From Candidatus Yanofskybacteria bacterium RIFCSPHIGHO2_01_FULL_41_21 (GTDB lineage Bacteria; Patescibacteriota; Minisyncoccia; 2-02-FULL-40-12; GWA2-44-9), in contig MGJA01000008.1 in the NCBI GenBank assembly GCA_001794025.1, forward strand, positions 358 to 64,357: DNA of 64,000 nucleotides. The letters are read 5' to 3'. Below are positions 16,050-23,538 of this stretch, one piece after another (the first letter of the stretch is position 1; each line of letters opens with the position of its first letter). The position numbers and the translations under genes are program-made. Below the pieces are notes generated by a model. The model was given only the letters and a program-made list of their open reading frames with translations, had not been told where the DNA came from and made no database searches.

Positions 16050-17638
16050 AAAAGATAAATAATAATAAAATATCGGCATCGGGACGCTCAAAGAGCGGCA
16101 TGAGCAATCTCGGCACCGGGACGTGGACAAAAGTATCGGAATTAAGACCGGGTATGAAAATTGCCGTGCCGAAAAATGAAATCGGCATCGGGACAGACGA
16201 TGTATTGTGGGACGAAATTGTCGCAGTTAATCATATCGGCCGGGAACGGGTCTATGATATTGAAGTGGAAGGCACTCATAATTTTATTGGTAATGATATT
16301 TTCGCTCATAATACTTACATCAATAACGATTTAATAAATATTTCGGCGATTAATCTTGAAGTCGGAGATATTGTTCGGCCCGCCTCGGGTTCCCAAAGGT
16401 TCGTCGTTGCCACTCCGGCTGATGAAAATCAAGTTGCAGGCATTGTTACCGCTACGCCGGCCACTTCAGATAGCGTCTCAACTTCAATCGCTTTTTCGGG
16501 ACAGGCCATAGTAAAGGTCTCGGCGGAAAATGGCGCGATTAAAGTCGGTGATCGGCTGGCCTTAAGCGATAACCAGCCTGGTGTGGCCATAAAAGCCACC
16601 ACGGCCGGCATGACTATCGGTATCGCAATGGAAGACGCAATAGTAGATAGGGTTTTAACTCTTGTTAATGTCGGATATTGGGTGCCGAGTGTGGCGACTG
16701 TTACTGGAACAACTGCCAGTGGTTCGGGAACGGTTACGGTCTCTTCAAGCGGTTCACCGACTGATGTGTTGGCGACATTGGCGAATGCGGTCATGACTCG
16801 TGTTCAGTCAATTTGGGCATCGGGAGATATCATCAAAGAAGGCATAAGCAAAACGTATTTTGCAATTTCCAATTTACAATTATCAATTTCCAATTTTGGA
16901 ACCTCAATCTCTGAAGCAATTAGTAATTGGGGGACCAGAGATATTACTATTGCCAATACGGCGGATGATGCGACCAAGGCATTATTTACGGGCAATTCGG
17001 CGCAAGCGTCTGACCAGTCCAAAGTTGATTTAGCCGAGAATAATGAATATCTGACGACTTATGGCGTGGATTCAACAAGAGGGGAGATTCAACTTTCCGG
17101 TTCGTCGCAAATCGTCGCTGGCGAAGCCAGGGTTTATTTTGACTATTCTTTCTCCTCAATTATTTCCGACAAAGCGCCGATTAGAGTAATCGTAACCCCA
17201 ACCTCAATGATGCAAGGGCAGCTTTACACTGATTCCAAGTCACAATACGGTTTCGTAATTAAAGAATTGAATGCCCAAGATAACGGAACATTTGACTGGC
17301 TGGTGATTGCAAGACGAAAAGGTTTTGATACAGACATAATTTCCACCCCGACCCCGGATTCGACAAGCTCACCACAAGCAACACCGGCCACTGCTCCATC
17401 AACTGACCCTACCCCCACCCCGACTCCTGACGTAGCACCAACATCGGATGTTACTCCTACCCCAACCCCAACCCCTGATGCAGCACCAGTTACTGATGCA
17501 ACACCTGCGCCTACCCCAGAACCAACCCCAGATATAACTCCAGTTCCTGATACTACTCCGACACCTGTCCCAGACGCTACACCAGAACCGACACCATCAT
17601 CAATAACACCCGAAAGTACACCTACCCCAACCCCATAA
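16046..17638 (+). CDS. protein starting with C-terminal half of split mini-intein (16046..16312) followed by C-extein with beta-rich domain and Pro/Thr-rich tail
   Basis: WTKVSELRPGMKIAV...VYDIEVEGTHNFIGNDIFAHN then +1 Thr; PT-rich low-complexity C-terminus. Confidence 0.8.
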   Translation: MKKINNNKISASGRSKSGMSNLGTGTWTKVSELRPGMKIAVPKNEIGIGTDDVLWDEIVAVNHIGRERVYDIEVEGTHNFIGNDIFAHNTYINNDLINISAINLEVGDIVRPASGSQRFVVATPADENQVAGIVTATPATSDSVSTSIAFSGQAIVKVSAENGAIKVGDRLALSDNQPGVAIKATTAGMTIGIAMEDAIVDRVLTLVNVGYWVPSVATVTGTTASGSGTVTVSSSGSPTDVLATLANAVMTRVQSIWASGDIIKEGISKTYFAISNLQLSISNFGTSISEAISNWGTRDITIANTADDATKALFTGNSAQASDQSKVDLAENNEYLTTYGVDSTRGEIQLSGSSQIVAGEARVYFDYSFSSIISDKAPIRVIVTPTSMMQGQLYTDSKSQYGFVIKELNAQDNGTFDWLVIARRKGFDTDIISTPTPDSTSSPQATPATAPSTDPTPTPTPDVAPTSDVTPTPTPTPDAAPVTDATPAPTPEPTPDITPVPDTTPTPVPDATPEPTPSSITPESTPTPTP

Positions 17639-17655
17639 TTCAAAAACCACTTAAC

Positions 17656-17689
17656 AGATTATTTCTTGTGCATATGCACAGTAAATAAT
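17656..17689. repeat. palindrome family F copy (gtgcatatgcac core) 20 nt upstream of PaaX-like gene
   Basis: gattatttcttgtgcatatgcacagtaaataatc. Confidence 0.65.
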
Positions 17690-17708
17690 CCGTGTTATAA
17701 TTTGTCAT

Positions 17709-18242
17709 ATGAAAAAACGCCAAGTTTTAGTAGCTATAATATCCGCGTTGGGAAAAACTTTTGAATCTATAGACGAAATGACTCCGAATCTTTTTAGAAG
17801 AGAATCAATGCATTACAAAGATCTTCGTCTTGCCGGTTATGATCCCAAAAAAATTTATAGATCTTTTAGAAATCTACATAGTCGCGGACTAGTTCATTTA
17901 GAAAAAGATAAATTTAAAATTACTAAAAAGGGTCAAAAATGGCTGACGAATTCTTATCAAAGGTATTTTCATTTCAATAAAATCGCCAAAGATAATAAAT
18001 GGCGAATTATTATTTTTGACATTCCTCAGGAACACAATAAAAGTCGCAACAAGTTGAGGAACAAATTAAAGTTATGGGGGTTTTATATGTTACAGCGTAG
18101 TGTTTTTGTTTGTCCCTATGAGTGTGAAGATGAATTGGCTAAATTATGCGAAAAATTAAACATTTCCGATTATATCGATATAATATTAGCTGATTCACCA
18201 GGATTTAGAACAAAAGAAATAAAGAAATACTTTGAATTATAA
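17709..18242 (+). CDS. PaaX-like putative regulator: N-terminal wHTH-like region + C-terminal Cas2-fold domain
   Basis: WRIIIFDIPQEHNKSRNKLRNKLKLWGFYMLQRSVFVC matches Cas2/PaaX_C-type motif (FDI...R..L...G....QxSVFxC). Confidence 0.6.
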   Translation: MKKRQVLVAIISALGKTFESIDEMTPNLFRRESMHYKDLRLAGYDPKKIYRSFRNLHSRGLVHLEKDKFKITKKGQKWLTNSYQRYFHFNKIAKDNKWRIIIFDIPQEHNKSRNKLRNKLKLWGFYMLQRSVFVCPYECEDELAKLCEKLNISDYIDIILADSPGFRTKEIKKYFEL

Positions 18243-18282
18243 AGTGATTATTCCTTGTGCATATGCACAAGGAATAATCACT
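18243..18282. repeat. perfect 40-bp palindrome family F copy immediately after PaaX-like stop
   Basis: agtgattattccttgtgcatatgcacaaggaataatcact. Confidence 0.7.
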
Positions 18283-18410
18283 TTTGATCAGTGTGAGCTG
18301 TGTATAATTGTACTTTCAATAATATTATAAAGGTAATATAATTAAGCCAATAATCAATGCTTGAGGGACCGCCCATCCGGAGATGAATGCACGGATAGGC
18401 GACTCTTTAA

Positions 18411-20861
18411 GTGTCTTTAGTGATGGACATTAATCTCATGGATTCCGCATTTGAGGAATCGGTAGCAGGCGGATTCGACGAGCTCACCACAGGCGAGCAG
18501 GAAGCAGTATTAGCTATGGCGGGGACGAGTCACGAACAGGCAGTTAAAGGGGTTAAGGTCTATCAGACAATTGTCCGGTGGGCGTTGATGGTGGGCGTCT
18601 TTTTGATGCCTTTATTATTTTTGCCATGGACGACGAATGTTTTGGAAATGAACAAGGGCTTGCTGGTGTTGGCGGTGGCAGGGACGGGTTTGATTGCTTG
18701 GTTGTTGGCACTCGTCTCCAGTGGGCGGTTTGCGTGGCGTCCGAACGTGTTTGATAAAGGTGTTTTGGCTATTCTTGGCGCGACGGTGGTGGCGACGGTC
18801 TTTTCAATGTCACGATTTAACAGTTTGTTTGGCACCGCCAGTAATTTGGCGGGGTCATTGATGATAATTGCCGCTTTTTCTGTCATCTATTTCTTGATTG
18901 TAAATTCGGTTGAAGATGAAGGCCGAACATTGACGAACCTCATTACCGCTTCTTTGTCGCTGGTGTTTTTATTCGGTTTTCTGCAAATTGTCGGATTTCA
19001 TATATTTAAATATTTAAATATATCAGTATTAAAATTTGCCGACTCATCCGCATTCAATTCGGTCGGCTCCGTTAACGGGCTAGGGGTTCTGGCGGCTATC
19101 TGCCTGCCTTTATTGGGGGGAAGCAAACAAAAAGTTTCAATATTTAAATATTTAAATATTATTGGAACAGTTGTGGCAATTGCCATTCTTGTGGTTATCA
19201 ATTGGTGGGTTCTCTGGACGATTGCCATCGTTGGTATGGCTGGCTGGATTACCTTTGAAAGTTTAGTCAATCAAAAATTCTCTATTTCCAGATTTATCGT
19301 CCCAATGACAGTGATTGTTATTGGGGTCTTTTTGATGGTGGTTAATTTTAATCTTAGTGTAATTAAATCCGGTCTTCCGACGGAAATAGCGCCATCATTT
19401 GGATTGTCCAGTGAGGTAACTAAATCGGCTTTGAAAGAAAGTATGGCAACCGGCTATGGTCCGACCATGTTTTCTATGGCCTTTGATAAGTACGGCGCTT
19501 CTAAACTTATTGATTCCACACTTTCCAATGCTAAGTTTTTTGCGGGGACATCCGAGGTCTTTAATGCTGTCGTTGGCGGAGGATTAGTGATGGTTTTAGC
19601 GTTGTTAGTGATGGTTTGGGCGATGATTCAAGGCGTTATTCGTTTTATTCGTGACAAACAAGCGGTTCGTAGAACAAATGCTCAATATATTTGGACTACT
19701 TTGGTCGCGGTGGTGGCGGCTTTCTTGCTCTATCCGTTTAACATGACCTTGATGTTTATGGCCTATCTCGTTCTTGCTCTGGCCGTGTTGTCATTATGGG
19801 GAAACGTCTCTAAAGAATATGACGCCGAACATAACATTGCGGTTTCTTTGGCGTCTTCCCTCGGATTTATCGGCGGGTTGATTCTGGTTCTTGTCGGCGC
19901 CTTTTTCGGTATCTCGGCCTATATCGCCGATGCCCAATACGCCAAGGCCTTGACCGAACAGGATATTGATAAGGCCTCAGCGAATTTAGTTAGTGCCGTG
20001 AATTGGAACAACCAGAGCGATGCCTATTACCGTACCGCCTCCCAAGCGGCGTTGGGTCTTTTGAGTCAAGAATTAAACAAGAAAGCCGATCCGGCCGATA
20101 CCCAACAGACGGCGCGTATCCAGAACTATATGGGTTCGGCCATTAATCTCGCTAAGAAAGCCACAGAACTAGGCCCTCGCGAATCATTAAACTGGAATAA
20201 TCTCGGTAATATTTATCAAAACCTTCTTGGTCTGGTTGGGGGCGTGGATGCTCTTTCTGCCAGTGCTTATGAAAAAGCGTCAGAATTACGTCCCGGCGAT
20301 CCGACATTCTTTAATTCAATCGGCAATCTTTATCTCACCCAGTCCCAAATGTTGCGTCAAGCGGCATCCGGCAATAAGGACTCAGCCCAATTAATTCAAC
20401 AAGCCAACGAGTCACTTGTTTTAGCAGAAACAAATTTCAAGAAAGCCGTAGATATGTCGCCTAATTTTGGCTTGGCCATTTATAATTTAGGGATTGTCTA
20501 TGACCAGCAAAATAAACTTCCAGAAGCCATTAAACAATTGGAAAAAATAGCGCCGTTCAATAATGATCAACCCAATCTGTTATTCCAGTTAGGTTTGCTC
20601 TATTATCGTAATGATGAAAAAGACAAGGCCTTCAATACTTTACAACAAGTGTTGGTCTTGCAACCGAACTACTCTAATGCTCTTTGGTATCTGGCTTTGA
20701 TTTACGAAGAACGCAAAGATATTCCGAATGCCATTGTTCAAGTTAAAAAGATTCTCGCGATTGAAGCCAATAAAGATAATCAGACCGTCTTAGATAAACT
20801 TAGCCAACTTGAAGCGGGCCAAGTTCCACCAAACAAGGGTATCAATCAGGAACCAATCTAA
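18411..20861 (+). CDS. polytopic membrane protein with C-terminal TPR repeats (O-antigen-ligase/TPR-type architecture)
   Basis: >10 predicted TM segments in first 500 aa; C-terminal TPR units (AIYNLGIVYDQQNKLPEA..., LLFQLGLLYYRNDEKDKA...). Confidence 0.65.
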   Translation: MSLVMDINLMDSAFEESVAGGFDELTTGEQEAVLAMAGTSHEQAVKGVKVYQTIVRWALMVGVFLMPLLFLPWTTNVLEMNKGLLVLAVAGTGLIAWLLALVSSGRFAWRPNVFDKGVLAILGATVVATVFSMSRFNSLFGTASNLAGSLMIIAAFSVIYFLIVNSVEDEGRTLTNLITASLSLVFLFGFLQIVGFHIFKYLNISVLKFADSSAFNSVGSVNGLGVLAAICLPLLGGSKQKVSIFKYLNIIGTVVAIAILVVINWWVLWTIAIVGMAGWITFESLVNQKFSISRFIVPMTVIVIGVFLMVVNFNLSVIKSGLPTEIAPSFGLSSEVTKSALKESMATGYGPTMFSMAFDKYGASKLIDSTLSNAKFFAGTSEVFNAVVGGGLVMVLALLVMVWAMIQGVIRFIRDKQAVRRTNAQYIWTTLVAVVAAFLLYPFNMTLMFMAYLVLALAVLSLWGNVSKEYDAEHNIAVSLASSLGFIGGLILVLVGAFFGISAYIADAQYAKALTEQDIDKASANLVSAVNWNNQSDAYYRTASQAALGLLSQELNKKADPADTQQTARIQNYMGSAINLAKKATELGPRESLNWNNLGNIYQNLLGLVGGVDALSASAYEKASELRPGDPTFFNSIGNLYLTQSQMLRQAASGNKDSAQLIQQANESLVLAETNFKKAVDMSPNFGLAIYNLGIVYDQQNKLPEAIKQLEKIAPFNNDQPNLLFQLGLLYYRNDEKDKAFNTLQQVLVLQPNYSNALWYLALIYEERKDIPNAIVQVKKILAIEANKDNQTVLDKLSQLEAGQVPPNKGINQEPI

Positions 20862-20940
20862 AATCAGGATATTAGGGATTAGGATTCTAGGAAGCTAGTA
20901 TAAAACTAAGCACCCTAGATTCCTATACACCTAGATTCCT
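20861..20940. repeat. 80-nt structured repeat family D (copy 1)
   Basis: near-identical to 23019..23099; internal inverted repeat ggattctagg/cctagattcc. Confidence 0.75.
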
Positions 20941-20946
20941 GCTCTG

Positions 20947-21969
20947 GTGTTGAAGTATCAAATTGATAGACAAAAGATCAATATCACAGTCACCGTTTTG
21001 GTGGCTGTGATGGTTTTATGGTTTGTTTGGGTTGTTTTTGTTCCGACGTCGGTAATGGGTACGGCCCAACAGATTCATATCGGTTCCGGTCAAGGGTTGA
21101 CTGATATTGCCAAGATACTCAAAGAGCGTGATTTAGTTCGTAGTGCGATAGTGTTTAAATTCTATGTGATTGGTTTGGGTTGGGAACGGAATCTTAAAGC
21201 GGGGGATTATACTATTTCAGCCGGTGCTACTCTTAATGACATTGCTGTTCAAATTGCGGGAGGCAATGGAGTGTCAACCGATATAGAGGTCTTTATCCCC
21301 GAGGGCTCAAATATTTGGGAAATTGATAAACGGCTCACGGACGTAGGGCTTATTAAAGAAGGCGAATTTGCGTCGGCGTATGGTTCGCGAGAAGGATATC
21401 TGTTTCCCGATACTTATAGATTTCGGCCGGATAGTTTACTTGGAGAAATTGAGCAAAAAATGGAGTTAAACGGTCAAGAAAAAACCAAGGAATTAATCGG
21501 GGGATTGACTGCGCCGGCCCGTGATAGAATTATAACCATTGCATCTATTATTGAAAAAGAAGCCCGCACCAAATCCGATATGTATTTGGTATCAGGGGTT
21601 ATTGCAAACCGCACTGAATTGGGAATGCCACTGGAAATTGACGCCACGGTTGCTTACGGAGCATGCCTTAACAATTTTCAATTATCAATTTCCAATTTTC
21701 AAAAATCTGAAAAAGAGATAAAAGATTGTGATGTTACTCAAATCGGGGTTGGTAAGGAGATTAAAATTGATTCACCCTATAATACTTACACCCGGTCCGG
21801 TTTACCGATCCGACCAATCTCTAATCCCGGGCTTAATTCTATTGAAACCGCCCTTAATCCTAAAGGGGACTACTTTTATTATCTCTCCACTCGTGACGGC
21901 AGTCAGATTATTTTTTCTAAAACAGGGGTTGAACATACTCAAAATAGGCGTAAGTACTTAGGGTTGTAA
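20947..21969 (+). CDS. mltG: endolytic murein transglycosylase MltG (YceG-like)
   Basis: GDYTISAGATLNDIAVQIAGG, EGYLFPDTYRF, ASIIEKEAR YceG signatures. Confidence 0.8.
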   Translation: MLKYQIDRQKINITVTVLVAVMVLWFVWVVFVPTSVMGTAQQIHIGSGQGLTDIAKILKERDLVRSAIVFKFYVIGLGWERNLKAGDYTISAGATLNDIAVQIAGGNGVSTDIEVFIPEGSNIWEIDKRLTDVGLIKEGEFASAYGSREGYLFPDTYRFRPDSLLGEIEQKMELNGQEKTKELIGGLTAPARDRIITIASIIEKEARTKSDMYLVSGVIANRTELGMPLEIDATVAYGACLNNFQLSISNFQKSEKEIKDCDVTQIGVGKEIKIDSPYNTYTRSGLPIRPISNPGLNSIETALNPKGDYFYYLSTRDGSQIIFSKTGVEHTQNRRKYLGL

Positions 21970-22012
21970 TATCCACTTGCCTTGAGCAGAATTAATTACT
22001 AAGATTACCAAT

Positions 22013-22333
22013 ATGACAAAAACAAAAAGACCAATGAGTATAGAGGATCTTTCGCTTAATATTAATAAGCGCTTTGATTTTGTTGATAAACGTTTTGATT
22101 CAGTAGATAAGTGTCTTGGCTCAGTTGATAAACGTCTTAATAGTATTCAAAAAGAGATCAATTTTTTAGCCAGTTCTTCGGCTAGAGAATTTAAAGACAT
22201 ATCTCACAGGTTTGATTTGCTTGAAATAAGCGTAGCTGGAATCAAGAAGGTTATAATCAACGGCAGATTTGATAAAAGAATGGAACAATTAGAAAGGGAT
22301 ATGGATAAAGTTAAACAAGCCCTTGCTTTGTAG
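22013..22333 (+). CDS. hypothetical coiled-coil protein with VDKRFD repeats
   Basis: FDFVDKRFDSVDKCLGSVDKRLNS internal repeats. Confidence 0.45.
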   Translation: MTKTKRPMSIEDLSLNINKRFDFVDKRFDSVDKCLGSVDKRLNSIQKEINFLASSSAREFKDISHRFDLLEISVAGIKKVIINGRFDKRMEQLERDMDKVKQALAL

Positions 22334-22480
22334 GACTTAGTTTGTTACTATACTAAGATAACCGTAGAGACAGCGTCCAGCCCGACAGAGGGCAGTAAGT
22401 GGCGCCGAATGGGAATAAAACTCTCGTTTTGTTTGGTCGAACTACTACGGATAATGGTAGTTTTTTGTTAAATATACACA

Positions 22481-23020
22481 ATGAAAAGCAGAACACAAAA
22501 AAAGGAAGAACTGAAATCGTTGCAGAGTAAACTCCCGAATTCGCAAATTACGGTTTTTACGTCATTTGCTCGCACTGGCGAAAAAGGTTTGTCGGTGGCT
22601 CAAATGACTCAGTTAAAACGTCTTTTACGGGAAATTAAATCAGAGTATGTTGTCACTAAGAAGACATTGGTGGAAATGGCGACCAAGGATATGTCGGGGG
22701 ATGCCGTGGTTGATGTCTATAGTATGGTTGGCTCACTTGGACTCGTTGTCGGTCCGGTTAAAGATAAGAACGGAGTAAACAGTGAGGAATCATATGGTAT
22801 CGCCAAGAAGGTCTATGACTTTGCCAAGAAAAATCCGGCATTGCAGTTTTTTGGGGCATTCGTGGACGGTATGTTTATTTCCAAAGAACAATTTCTTGAA
22901 ATGGCCAAGATGCCTTCCAGAGAAGTTCTTATTGGTCGTTTATTGGGAATGATGCGTTACCCGTTATCAGGTCTAGCGATAGTTCTTAATCAAGTTAGTA
23001 AACAAAAGGAAACGGTATAA
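22481..23020 (+). CDS. rplJ: 50S ribosomal protein L10
   Basis: L10 sequence, followed by rplL. Confidence 0.9.
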   Translation: MKSRTQKKEELKSLQSKLPNSQITVFTSFARTGEKGLSVAQMTQLKRLLREIKSEYVVTKKTLVEMATKDMSGDAVVDVYSMVGSLGLVVGPVKDKNGVNSEESYGIAKKVYDFAKKNPALQFFGAFVDGMFISKEQFLEMAKMPSREVLIGRLLGMMRYPLSGLAIVLNQVSKQKETV

Positions 23021-23099
23021 TCAGGATGTTAGGGATTAGGATTCTAGGAAGCTAGCATGAAACTAAGCACCCTAGATTCCTAGATACCTAAATTCCTAG
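23019..23099. repeat. 80-nt structured repeat family D (copy 2)
   Basis: aatcaggatgttagggattaggattctaggaagctag...cctagattcctag. Confidence 0.75.
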
Positions 23100-23103
23100 A
23101 AAT

Positions 23104-23478
23104 ATGGATAAAAATCAATTTATTGAGTCAATAGAAAAGATGTCTGTGGCCGAGTTGAATGACTTGGTGAAGGCATTAGAAGAGAAGTTTGGTGTATCGG
23201 CTGCTTCGTTTGCTGCATCTGCTGGCCCAGCCCTTGCCGGGGAAGGCGCCGAAGCTGGTGAGGAGAAAGATAGTTTCACGGTCGTCTTGAAAGACGCCGG
23301 ATCCGCAAAGATCCAAGTTATCAAAGCCCTTCGTGAAATTACTGGTCTAGGCCTCAAAGAAGCCAAGGAAATGACTGATAAGCCCGGTTCAACAGTTAAA
23401 GAGGGCGTCAAGAAATCCGAAGCCGACGAAATGAAGAAAAAGATTGAAGAGGCGGGTGGAACTGTAGAACTCAAGTAA
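23104..23478 (+). CDS. rplL: 50S ribosomal protein L7/L12
   Basis: [24 protein letters not shown]...[13 protein letters not shown]. Confidence 0.9.
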   Translation: MDKNQFIESIEKMSVAELNDLVKALEEKFGVSAASFAASAGPALAGEGAEAGEEKDSFTVVLKDAGSAKIQVIKALREITGLGLKEAKEMTDKPGSTVKEGVKKSEADEMKKKIEEAGGTVELK

Positions 23479-23490
23479 GTTTTATACAAA

Positions 23491-23528
23491 AACCGGTCCC
23501 GTTTAGTGGGACCGGTTTTTGGTTTGTT
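23491..23528. terminator. bidirectional rho-independent terminator between rplL and convergent gene
   Basis: aaaaaccggtcccgtttagtgggaccggtttttggttt. Confidence 0.7.
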
Positions 23529-23538
23529 AATTTAAGAA

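Noticed and set aside
13434-16315. Diversity-generating retroelement (DGR) interpretation of the fibre 3' region plus Avd-like 4HB protein
   Set aside because: No reverse transcriptase gene and no template/variable repeat pair with adenine-specific mismatches visible in the window; the 4HB protein alone is insufficient.
17709-18242. CRISPR-Cas locus suggested by the Cas2-fold protein
   Set aside because: No repeat-spacer array, no cas1 or effector genes anywhere in the window; the flanking palindromes are single copies, not an array.
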